A DNA stretch of 64,000 bases. Source: Candidatus Dormiibacterota bacterium (GTDB taxonomy: Bacteria > Chloroflexota > Dormibacteria > Aeolococcales > Aeolococcaceae). A program made the position numbers and the translations under genes. The DNA is taken from assembly GCA_963757475.1 (NCBI GenBank), contig CAVWRW010000014.1, forward strand, positions 131,631 to 195,630, in the 5' to 3' direction. The notes beneath the pieces are model-generated. The model worked only from the letters and a program-made list of their open reading frames with translations. It was not told where the DNA came from and did not search any database. Below are positions 46,259 to 56,497 of this stretch, piece by piece (position 1 is the first letter of the stretch; each line of letters starts with the position of its first letter).

Positions 46259-46868
46259 ATGGTCTCCGCGCTTTTCGTCGCCTCGCTCGTCGCGTCGAAC
46301 ATCATCGCTGTGAAGATCGCGGCAGTCGGCCCGTTCTCGGTGCCGGCGGCGATCGTCATCTTCCCGCTCGCGTATCTCTTCGGCGACGTGCTCACCGAAG
46401 TGTGGGGCTACCGCGTCGCGCGCACGGTCATCTGGACCGGCTTCCTCGCCAATGTCGTCGTCGTGCTCTTCATCGCCGCGGCGATCGCGATTCCCGCGGA
46501 CCCGCACTACACGGACCAGGCGGCGTATGCACGCGTCCTCGGCTCGAACGCCGCGGCTCGTCGCCGCATCGCTCATCGCCTATCTGCTCGGCGAGTTCCT
46601 CAACGCGTTCGTGCTGGCGCGCCTCAAGGTTGCGACACAAGGCCGGCTGCTCTGGACACGAACCATCGGCTCGACGCTGCTCGGCCAGGGGGTCGACAGC
46701 ATCGTCTTCATCTCGCTCGCCTTCGCAGGGACGCAACCGTGGTCGTTGCTCATCGTCATCATTCGTGACGTGTGGGTCGTGAAGGTGCTGTACGAGATCA
46801 TCGCGACGCCGATGACGTACGCCATCGTCACCGCACTCAAGCGAGATCGAGGGAGTCGACACGTTTGA
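46259..46868 (+). CDS. yhhQ: queuosine precursor transporter (YhhQ/VUT family), +1 frameshift near 46547
   Basis: IFPLAYLFGDVLTEVWGY, then TPRLVAASLIAYLLGEFLNAFV in the frame of ORF 46452. Confidence 0.7.
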
Positions 46869-46933
46869 CCGGGACACGAAGTTCGCGCCGATCCCGCTCG
46901 CCGCGTTGCGCGCACGATGCGCGGGGCGCAGCG

Positions 46934-47374
46934 ATGAGCGAGGAGCTGTACGGCACGCGCGCCATCCGTGAGGCGAAGCTCGTGGCGTTCGACAATCGCA
47001 CGCCAGAGCGGGATTACACGATCCAGTTCACCATCCCGGAATTCACGTGCCTCTGTCCGATCTCCGGGTTTCCCGACTTCGCCACGCTGCACATCCGCTA
47101 CGTGCCCGGGCCGCGGTGCGTCGAGTTGAAGTCGATGAAGCTGTACATCAACGGGTATCGCGATCGAAACGTCTATCACGAGGACGTGGTCAATGTCGTG
47201 CTCGAGGACCTCGTGGCGTTGCTCGATCCTCGCTACTGCGAGGTCGTCGGCGATTTCAACGTTCGAGGCAATATCAAGACGATCGTTCGCGCGCATCATC
47301 GCGACACCGCATGGGCCGGCGAAGTGGACCCATGGTGGGCGGCAGGCGAAGCGGCGACGCGACCGGACTTCTAG
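46934..47374 (+). CDS. queF: NADPH-dependent 7-cyano-7-deazaguanine reductase
   Basis: FTCLCPISGFPDFATLHIRYVP and SMKLYINGYRDRNVYHED. Confidence 0.9.
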   Translation: MSEELYGTRAIREAKLVAFDNRTPERDYTIQFTIPEFTCLCPISGFPDFATLHIRYVPGPRCVELKSMKLYINGYRDRNVYHEDVVNVVLEDLVALLDPRYCEVVGDFNVRGNIKTIVRAHHRDTAWAGEVDPWWAAGEAATRPDF

Positions 47375-47386
47375 CGACAAATGGTC

Positions 47387-47418
47387 AAACGGGGTAAGTC
47401 CGCAGCCGTACCCCGTTT
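47387..47418 (+). terminator. perfect 10-bp hairpin after queF
   Basis: AAACGGGGTA (47387-47396) pairs with TACCCCGTTT (47409-47418) around a 12-nt loop. There is no long U tract. Confidence 0.45.
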
Positions 47419-48799
47419 CCGCCGGATCCAGGGCATACTGCACGCCAAGTCCCCGCGCCGTGCCAGTAACAGCACGACCGTTCTCTCAACGTCCCACCAA
47501 AATTTGGATGGCCACATACAACACTCCCCTCCGGCTGGTCGCTCCTCGCAACTCGTACCCGCGAGGATCTGCATCAGGCCCTCCTCACGTGCACCTGCCA
47601 TCGCGCATTCGGCGATGTGCCCGTCGACTGGTGGGACGATAGCGCGGATGTCTGGCGACCCACCTCGATCATCCGATGTCCTCGGCGAGGTGTGGGACAC
47701 ACGGCGCCATGTCGAGGTACTGTCCCCGCGATCTGGCGGCACGCCCCTGGTCGCGTCAGCATCGCCCACGTCCGCCTGTCCCGCCTGCTCACCGCAGGGG
47801 TGTCGCGGTACTGGGCGCCAGGTACCAGCGCCTCCTCGTGCTTCGGCTCATCGAGCGGGCAACTCCTTGGGGACGAGACGGATTCGCTGCGCCGCCTCGC
47901 CGCGCGCCTTCGCCATGACGAAGCGCTCGGCCACGACGTCTGGGCAACGGCGTTCCTGGCGGGCGCACCGGACGAGTTCGAGTATGCCCCCGAGATGCCG
48001 CCGATCCCGGTGACAGCGGCATGGGAGCCGGCCCAGGACGGTGATCCCGCGATCATCCACGCGGCGCTCGCGTGCTCGCCGGCGACCTCTTCGGATCGAC
48101 GGCTCACTCGAGGAAGCCGGAGCAACGGCAGCCGAACGGCCGGGCACCCTTTCCTCGCTGTGATCACCTCGCTCCTGTTGCGGTCGCCGGCCACGCGACC
48201 GTCAGCCCAGCGGGATCCGATCCTCGCTGGGCCTGAGGAGGACACTGACCGCCGGGTCATCGCGGCATTCCTCGCGGATTCGGAGCCAGAGACGGTCGCC
48301 GTCGATCTCGAACCCCGGCCTGACGCGCGAGCAGAGCACGACCTGAGGATCGATCGCGCCCACGCCATCGAAGACAGGAATCGGGGCGGCAATCTCGAAG
48401 GCAGGACCGAGCTCGGTCATCCGGCGCGTCCATGCGGCGATCGGAACGCGCGGCATCGGCTCGCCGAGCAGAGTGGCGAGCAGGAGCGCAAGGCCGGCGA
48501 TCGTGGACCGCGCCGGCTCTCGGGCTGTGCTGAGAGTGCCCGCTCGTGGATGAGACCCGGTGACGACATCGCGGGCGCGCACCCCGAATCGTCGGGCGGC
48601 ACTGCCACCCACAGGCCGCGTGACCCGAATCTGGCGCTGGAACTGCCGTGCTCGAACGATGGGCCGGGTCCTGTCATCGGCTGCCGCCAGCAGGCCGCCG
48701 AGCTTCGATCCTGGCCGCGGCGGTTGCAGCCGGTCGGGCAACCCGTCTCCTCGTCCCAGGACGCGCGTCGCGCGACGATCTGCCGTCACGCACGGCCGC

Positions 48800-49541
48800 A
48801 AGCGGCAGCGCCAACCGGCGCACGCCGAGCTCGAGGATGGCCGCCACCGAGCCGTCGCCAACCGCGCGCGGGGGGTAGACGGTGCCACCGATCGCGTCCG
48901 CGGCGATGCGAGCGAACCCGAGTCCCCATCGCTCGCGATCTGCCTGGCGCCGGGCCGTCTTGACCGGGCGTATCCCCCAGCGCGCCGCCAGACCACCCGG
49001 AAGGTCGTGCTTGATCGACTTCGAGCCGTACCGATTCGGCGCCGTCGTGGCGTTCCGCATTGACGGCAAGCTGCACGAGCACCAGCGCGGCGGCTTCCGG
49101 GCGCGAGCACCGGCCGCGAACGGGCGCCGGTCATCTCGACAGCGAGCGCGGTTCGTGCGGTGATACCGGCGCGGGCGAGGTCGACGACATCGTCGGTGGT
49201 GCCCCAGCCACCGGCGTCGCGACCGGCGACGAGGCGCAGCGAGCTGGCCAGGATGCGCACGCGCTGCGCCTGCGTGTCGTCAAGGGCGCGCGACCGAGCG
49301 ATCGATGGCGTCGAGGAGACGGCTCAGGACCGCGTCGCAGTGCGATCGACGCCGGACTGGGTGCGGACAACGAGGCGCATGTTGCGAACCGGGTACGCCA
49401 CCGCGCCGGGTCCGGGGCCGTCCCATTCGGGCGTGCGCGCAACACCTCGCCCGCCGAGTCGATCAGGGCCGCCGCGAGCGGCAGCTCCGCGATCTCCGCG
49501 AGGCTGAGGTTCACGCCGTTCCCGTCGGCACTCTGCGTCAC
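48800..49541 (-). pseudogene. sensor-like GHKL (histidine-kinase-type) ATPase, readable only across about five frame changes
   Basis: GTG 49541 overlaps the upstream stop (GTGA). Segments read VTQSADGNGVNLSLAEIAELPLAAALIDSAGEVL, LLDAIDRSVARALDDTQAQRVRILASSL, ALVLVQLAVNAERHDGAESVRLEV (N-box-like) and RWGLGFARIAADAIGGTVY...GSVAAILEL (G-box-like). Confidence 0.4.
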
Positions 49542-50187
49542 CGTCGGTCGCGACCGTAACGCTGAGACGGTACTTGCGATTGCCGTGGCTGACGAGCCGT
49601 ACTGCGGACTGTTGTGCCCGCAACCACTCACCAAATCGCCGCACCGCCTTCGTCGACGTGTCGGAGTGGAAGGTGACGATGTCGGGGTGATGCACGACGA
49701 GACGGATCGCCTCGCGATGATGGTGCTGGTCGAGGCTTGGCAGGTGGACGACGACGGTGCCGTCGTGAATGCGCAGGTCGCCGACGGTGCGGTCGAGCAT
49801 GCGGTCGATGCGCTCGAGGAGCGAGGCGTCGCCGTCGCGCTTGTCATGGAGCAGTGCGCGTGGATGCGAACGTTGGATCTGACTGCGGACGTTGAACGCG
49901 TCGATGTTCTGCGAGTACACGATCACCGGACATTCGCGGAGCTCGCGTGCGAGGCGCGACAGCACATCCCCACTGCTCGCGCTGCGGTCGGGCGCCTTGC
50001 CGAGGTCCCAGTCAATGATCGCGAGGACCGGCCGGCTCGAGTAGAGGTTGTTTCCAGCAGCGACAACGCGCGCGATGCGCTCCGCGCCGCCAGCGGGTGA
50101 AAACGTTTGCGCGTGAAATGACTTTGCGAGCGCGTCCAGAGTCTCGGCGTCGTCCTCGAGGATGAGTACCTCGGGGTTGGCTCTCAT
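49538..50187 (-). CDS. OmpR-like response regulator (receiver + winged helix), divergent; 3' end needs a 1-nt correction
   Basis: The receiver is MRANPEVLILEDDAETL...LAIIDWDL. The C-terminal VGDLRIHDGTVVV...VRLVSHGNRKYRLSV resembles a trans_reg_C domain. Confidence 0.55.
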
Positions 50188-50279
50188 CGCGCGGCGACCG
50201 CCGGCGGTCAGTGTACAAGCCGATCTCTGCGTCGGGCTCGCGCAGCGCGGTCCAGTCGAGCCCTCGCGCGCGAAGCGGG

Positions 50280-50866
50280 CTACTGCAACACTCCGGAACA
50301 TGCGCTGAGGGCACCGCGAACCATGCGGGATATGCGCCGATCGAGCCTCGAGCGCTGCACCGCGCAGCAGCGAGCCGTCGCCAGCTCGACACCGCCGCCC
50401 GGCGCCAGGCGCATGCCGCCGACGTTCGCCGGGCACGCCTCGACGATGGCGGCAAGGAGTGGGGTCGGACGGTCGAAGCAGCGCATGTGGCGAGGAAGCC
50501 GGGCGGCGCGGCGCCCAAGCCAGAGAACCAGGACCGGACGGGTCGCGCAGGACCAGACGAGCCCGGGCGTACGATTGCCCCACAGGCACCGACGACCATC
50601 CAGGGCCATGGGAGGCAGGCCGCTGCAATCTCGGCGGCATCGTCGGGTCGGGCGTCACGGACCACCGCCATCCCCTGCGGGGCGGTGTCGCGGACGGCGA
50701 CCGCGAACTCGCCGTCGTCAGTGACCACGAGGATGCTGCGGCTCCGGTCCGGAGCGAAAACGCCGAGCAGCAGGCGGGGACGTCGGTGTACCCCACGCAG
50801 CAGTCCCTCCCAGCCGATCCCCGCGAAGCGACGGAATGCGCCCGTGTCGCGGCAGGCCTCCTCCAT
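50280..50866 (-). pseudogene. hypothetical protein upstream of the response regulator, multiple frame changes
   Basis: MEEACRDTGAFRRFAGIGWEGLL...ILVVTDDGEFAVAVRDTAPQGMAVV (frame of ORF 50012-50866) is followed by FDRPTPLLAAIVEACPANVGGMRLAPGGGVELA in another frame. Confidence 0.3.
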
Positions 50867-50992
50867 CGTAGAGGCGGCGGCGGGCGCAAGGGGCGGTCAA
50901 GGCGGACACGGGCATACCGCAACCATCGGGTCGGAAGCCGGACATCACACGGACAGACACACCGGCCCGTGACGTGGCAGACTGAGCGCGGT

Positions 50993-52251
50993 ATGTCGAC
51001 CTCAGACGCCGGGCAGCCGGCCGCAACTGCGGGCCGGCTGGCACTGACCGGGATCATCCATAGCCCACTCGTCGATACGGCGGGTGGCAGCTTGGCCGGG
51101 TGGACGACGTGATCGCCCGCTTCGCCGAGGGCGGCTATCCGCCCGTGACAGGTCTGGTCGGACGCATCGCCGGGACGCGGCTGTTCATCCCGCGCGATCG
51201 GATCGCCGAGATGCGATCCGGGGCGCGTACAGCTCGCGGGCGAGGACCTCAACCTCGCGCACTTCGAGCGCCGCCAGGGAGAGGTGCTCCTCGGTGACGA
51301 CGTGCTCGGGCGCCGGCTCATCAGCGTCGAAGCCGGGACGCTCGTCGATCGCGCACGACATCGAGCTTAAGTCAGGGCGATGCCGGATGGGTGGTCGCCG
51401 GCGTCGATACACGACCGCAAGGGGCCTGCTCGGCAGATTCTCGGGCACGCCGCGGCGAAGGACAGGGATTCCTCGACTGGTCGTCGGTCGAGCCCTTCGT
51501 CGGTCACGTGCCGACGTCGCGACTGCTCATGCCGCTGCGCCGCCTGCGCCGCCTCCACCCCGCGCAGATCGCCGACCTCGTCGAGGCGGCGTCGCACGAC
51601 GAGGGCGAGGAGATCATCTCCGCCGTGCACGGGGATCCCGAGCTCGAGGCGGACGTGTTCGAGGAGTTGAACACCGAGCACCAGGTCGAGTTCCTCCGCG
51701 ACAAATCGGACGCGGAGGCCGCAGCGGTCCTTGCGGAGATGGGCCCGGACGATGCGGCAGACCTCGTCACCGAGCTCGACCAGCCGCGCCGCGCGCCGAT
51801 TCTTTCGCTGCTTCCGCCGTCGCAGCAGGCGAAGGTGCGCGCGCTGCTCAGCTACGGGCAGAGCAGTGCGGGCGGACTGATGAGCACCGACTTCGTTTCA
51901 GTGGCGACCGACGCGACGGTTGCGGACGCACTCGCCGCGGTGCGCGCCGCCGACGTCCTGCCGCAGGTCTCCGCCGACGTGTTCCTGCTCGATGACGGCC
52001 GGCTCGCAGGATCCGTCCCGCTCGTCGAGTTGATTCGCGCGGACGGCGCGCGGCGTGTGGCCGAGCTTGTCGAGCACACCAACGCGTCCGTCAACGTGGA
52101 CGATGATTTCCCGGAAGTGGCCCGGCGCATGGCCGATTTCAACCTCACCGTCGTCGCGGTGGTTGAGGACGATGGCCGCGTGATCGGCGTCATCACCGTT
52201 GATGACGTGCTCGAAGGCGATGCTGCCCAACTCGTGGCGACGTCGCGCTGA
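50993..52251 (+). pseudogene. MgtE N-terminal domain + CBS pair protein (no MgtE membrane domain), at least four frameshifts in the first 400 nt
   Basis: ATG 50993. IADLVEAASHDEGEEIISAV...AAAVLAEMGPDDAADLV is MgtE_N-like, and two CBS-like repeats follow. The N-terminal 130 aa can only be read by hopping frames at about 51100, 51225, 51350 and 51390. Confidence 0.7.
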
Positions 52252-52471
52252 AGCAGACGGAGACTGAAGCTCGGACTGACGCGCGGGTTGTACACTCCGA
52301 AGCCGGCAACCACAATCGCGGAGTGTATTCACTAGCATCATGGACGGCGGCGACAGTCCCCAGTCCCGGCAACATCCGGGCACGCCCGCGCAAGAGGTGA
52401 TCACTCAGTCGTGACCTCCTGAGCGGGCGGGCCCGCTCAGTCTTGCCGTCATCGACGGTGGGAGGTCCGAA

Positions 52472-54181
52472 TTGGCCCAGGAGAAGGCTCGCAAGCCAGT
52501 CGCCACCAAGGCGAAAGGCCCGACCGCGGTCCTGGATGACGCACACCATGGCGAGATCCGCGGCGCCTTCGGCACCATCGGCGAGCATGACCACAACGCA
52601 AACGCCAGGCGCCCGTGGCGCCGGAGGCTGCTCGCCCTTGCGGTGATCATGGGGCCTGGCCTCATCGTGATGGTCGGCGACAACGATGCGGGCGGTGTCT
52701 CCACCTACGCAGCGGCCGGACAGGACTACGGCCCGACGTTGCTCTGGACGCTGCTTTTGCTCATCCCCGTGCTCATCGTCAACCAGGAGATGGTGGTGCG
52801 CCTCGGCGCCGTCTCCGGCGTCGGCCACGGACGCCTCATCTTCGAGCGTTTCGGCAACGTCTGGGGACGCTTCGCTGTGGGCGATCTCTTCGTGCTCAAT
52901 TTCTTGACGATTGCAACGGAGTTCATCGGCATCGCGCTCGGCGCGTCGTATTTCGGCGTCCCCGTCGTGGATCGCGGTGCCACTGGCCGGCGTACTGCTC
53001 GTCGGCATCACCGTCAGCGGGCGCTTCGAGACCTGGGAGCGGCTGATGTTCGTGATCCTCTTCGGCAATCTGCTCGTCATCCCGTTGATGTTTCTCTGCC
53101 ATCCGCAACTCGGTAGGCCGCACGCATTTCGTGCTTCCCGGGATCGAGGGTGGCTTCAGTCCAACGGCGTGCTGCTCATCGTCGCGATCGTCGGGACGAC
53201 GGTCACACCGTGGCAGCTGTTCTTTCAGCAGTCGAATGTCGTCGACAAGCGCATCACGCCACGGTGGATCCCATACGAGCGTGCTGATACGGTGATCGGC
53301 GCGATGGTCGTCGTCATCGGCGCGACGGCGATCATGATCGCCACTGCCTATGCATTCGCCGGCACGCCGCTGCACGGACGAGTTCACCAATGCGCTCGCC
53401 CTCGCGAAAGGCTCACGAAGTACGTCGGCCCAGCAGCGGGCGCAGTCTTTGCTGTCCTGCTGATCGACGCATCCATCGTCGGTGCCAGTGCCGTGACACT
53501 CGCGACGTCGTACGCGTTCGGGGACACGTTCGGCATCCGGAATTCACTCCACCGACCGTGGCGCGAGGCCAAGCCTTTCTATGCGATGTTCACGGTGCTG
53601 GTCGTGTTGGCGGCCGCGCTTCGTCCTCATCCCCAACGCGCCGCTCGGCGTGATCACGACGGCAGTGCAGGCGCTAGCAGGCGTGATGCTGCCGAGCGCC
53701 TGTCTCTTTCTCCTCTTCCTCTGCAACGACCGCGATGTTCTCGGCCCGTGGGTGAACCGCCCCTGGCAATGTCCTTGCCACACTGATCCTTGGCGTGCTG
53801 TTGATGCTCTCGGTCATCCTCGTCGTCTCGACGATCGTCCCGAACATCGACGTCCCGCAGCTCTTCATCGTGCTGTCCATCGTGGTGGTCGGTCTCGCGA
53901 TAACGTTCTTCGTCAACGTGCGAGCGCAACGCGGTGCGGCATTCGATCCGCGCGAGAACGAGGATCGCGAAACCTGGCGGATGCCGCCGATCGCCCTGCT
54001 GACTCGTCCGGTCAAATCGCGGACGCGACTGATCATGCTCTGTACGGTGCGCGGCTACGCGATCATCGCCATGGCACTCCTGCTGGTGAAGGCGATCCAG
54101 CTGGCGACGCGGGCCAGGCTAGTCCGGCATCGCACCCGTGTGAACGGGGTGACGCACGGACGTCCGGGCGCATGTTCGTAG
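52472..54181 (+). pseudogene. mntH: NRAMP family divalent metal transporter, at least five frameshifts
   Basis: GGGAGG SD before TTG 52472. GPGLIVMVGDNDAGGVSTYAAAG, TVTPWQLFFQQS, LIDASIVGASAVTLATSYAFGD and VQALAGVMLPSACLFLLFLCND are spread over ORFs 52472, 52911, 53581 and 53795. Confidence 0.75.
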
Positions 54182-54859
54182 GTCACGCCGTGTTCCCTCG
54201 CAACGACGCTCGAGGAAGAGACGGTGCCGTACACATCGCCGTGAATGCATGCGGCGTCGGCCGGTCTGCCCGTCGGCGAGACGTGACTGGCAAGCAGCGC
54301 GCGCATGCGCAGCAGCATCGCGTCCGCGCCGCCACCGACGCGAGGCGCGTCCATCCCCGCTCGGAGCATCGCCACCTTGGGGGCGCGTCGTCGTCGAGGT
54401 CGGCAGTCGTGAGCACGTGCGCGCCGGTTGGAGGTCGATCACCCGCACCGGCCCGGTGTCGTCGATCTCGGCAACGAGCGCGCGGTCGGGCGAGACCCAG
54501 ACGACGTTGACCGGGTTGTAGCGGCCGGGTCCCAGCACCGCCAGCCGAGCGGGGATGTTGTGCGCGCGTCGGCGCCGATGAGCAACGCAACGGGATCTCG
54601 CCGCGCGAACGCCGGTCGGATCCGGGGGTGGGGCTTGCCGGTGGCCGGATGGCGATTGGTCACGGCGCAGACCGTGCCTCCCGCGGCGACCGCCAGCCAG
54701 GTGCCTCCGGCGACGAGATCGCGGCCCCCCATCACCAGCGGGCTCGTGCTCAGGACGCCGGGCGGCGCGCTGGCGCGGGCGATGAGCTCGTCGCGGTTGG
54801 CGGCCAGGATGATCGGCGCGTCCGCGAGAGCAGCGCCAGGCGAGCAGGATCGTGCACAC
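54119..54859 (-). pseudogene. NRDE (TANGO2-like) family protein, several frameshifts; 3' end uncertain
   Basis: GTG-TGC start (VCTILLAW), ILAANRDE, GGRDLVAGGTWLAV and HGDVYGTVSSSSV read in at least four frames. Confidence 0.6.
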
Positions 54860-54985
54860 CGGGCGAATCCTAGGGGGAAGCTCACGCCCATGTGAACTCT
54901 GTGAACACGCCCTCGCGGCCACGTCACACATCGCCGATATCCCTATGCCGGCGAGGGTATTAAGACCAGAGTTTGGATCACGTCA

Positions 54986-55712
54986 ATGAACGCAAACGCC
55001 TTCGGTGGGCTCACCCCCCGCAAGCGCCATCGCGGCCGCGTCGTCGCGGCGCTGCTTCCGGGCGTCTTCGCGTTGCTGTTCGCCGGGGCCTCGGGCGTCG
55101 CCGCATCGTCGACCCCGGCCGCAGCGCCGACCGCGACCCCCGCGCCGACGCCCACCCCGAGGGTCTGCCATCACGGCACCAATCCGGATGGGACCTGCTG
55201 CCCGCGCCGGAACCCCTGCGTCACGCCGCCCCCGACGTTGACGCCCACGCCGACCGCCACGCCCACGCCGACCCCTAAGCCAACGCCGACGCCGAGCGGG
55301 ACGACCAACGGCGGCAACGGCAGCCGACGCCGACCCCGAAGCCCACTGCCACGCCGGCACCAACGTCGAAGCCCTCGGGCTCCTCGGGCAGCACCGGCAG
55401 CGGGCACTCCGGTGGCGGTGCCGGGCCGACTGGCGCGACCGGGGCCTCGGGTCTTCCGGTATCACCAAGGCAACTCGCGTGCAGGTGCCTGCCGATCCAA
55501 CCCCGTTCGGGGCACTCGGGACGGTGGCTGCTCTCAGCCCTGGCGGCCTTGACGCCGCACGGATCCCACCGGTTGAAGCGCTCACGCCGTTGAGCGGGCT
55601 CGACTTCGGCGCCGGTCTCAACCTCGGTCCGTTGCTCCTCCTCATCGACATGATCGGGATCGGCCTGCTCGTCTACCTCGTGCGGACGCGCTGGCTCGCG
55701 CCCGAGGCCTGA
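54986..55712 (+). pseudogene. secreted Pro/Thr-rich protein with C-terminal TM anchor, about two frameshifts
   Basis: Signal-like VVAALLPGVFALLFAGASG, then PT repeats and SGSSGSTGSGHSGGGAGPTGATGASG in a second frame. The C-terminal LLLLIDMIGIGLLVYLV lies in ORF 55479-55712. Confidence 0.5.
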
Positions 55713-56466
55713 GCGACAGCAAGGGGCCCGCGCCGGCTCCGATCCCCTCGAGCCCGCCCCGAATGGCAGCGGCCGTGACCGCCGCTGCGCGCCGGGCAGC
55801 ATCGGGGAGCGGGGCGCCCCAGGCGAGCTCGGCGGCGAGCGTCGCCGAGTGCGTGCAACCCGTTCCGTGCGTGGCTGAACCGTCCACCCAGCGCAATCGG
55901 GACCTCGAGGTGATCGACACCGTCGAAGAGGAGATCGAAGCCGCCTCCGTCACCGCCGGTGATCAGGACGGCGTGCGCGCCGCGTTCCACGATCGCCTGG
56001 CGAGCGTTCGCCGGTCCCCGTCTCTGCCCGCCAGCATGCGAGCCTCGGTGAGATTCGGCGTCACCACGGTCGCCAGCGGCAGCAGCCGCGCGATGAGCAT
56101 CTCAATGCCATCCGGATCGAGCAACGATGCCCCGGTGCTGGCGCCGAGGACGGGATCGATCACGAGCGGCGTCGGGTGGCGCTCGAGAAAGTCGGCGACG
56201 GAGGCGACAATCTCAGCTGAGAGGAGCGCGCCCGTCTTGGCGACGTCGACGCCGATATCGCCGTACACAGCGTCGAGCTGCGTGGTGATGACGCCGACCG
56301 GCAGAGGGTGCACGGCGAGAATCGCTTCGGTGTTCTGCGCTGTCACGCCAACGATTGCCGTCATCCCGTGGCAGCCCGCGGCGGCGAACGCCTTGAGATC
56401 GGCCTGGATGCCGGCACCACCGCCGGAGTCAGACGTGGCGATCGAGAGACAGCGAGGGGGCGTCAC
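55642..56466 (-). CDS. thiD: hydroxymethylpyrimidine/phosphomethylpyrimidine kinase, about two frameshifts; 3' end uncertain
   Basis: CLSIATSDSGGGAGIQADLKAF, VKTGAL, then AVLITGGD and THGTGCTHSATLAAELA in other frames. Confidence 0.8.
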
Positions 56467-56497
56467 CGCTCCATCGTAGATGGACTGACGTGGCGCC

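Noticed and set aside
49060-50100. 346-aa plus-strand ORF and the 47574-48392 minus-strand ORF in the unresolved region.
   Set aside because: The first is antisense to the clearly receiver-like minus-strand sequence. The second is Ser/Arg/Ala-rich without motifs and is antisense to a more protein-like plus-strand frame.
52252-52471. Manganese (yybP-ykoY) or M-box riboswitch ahead of the NRAMP gene.
   Set aside because: Hairpins are present, but I cannot recognise the conserved cores of either class by eye. This is kept only as a generic attenuator hypothesis in the findings.
56467-56497. TPP riboswitch upstream of thiD.
   Set aside because: Only 31 nt separate thiD from the upstream GGDEF gene, which is too short for a THI element. 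thiD is probably co-transcribed or has a promoter inside the upstream gene.
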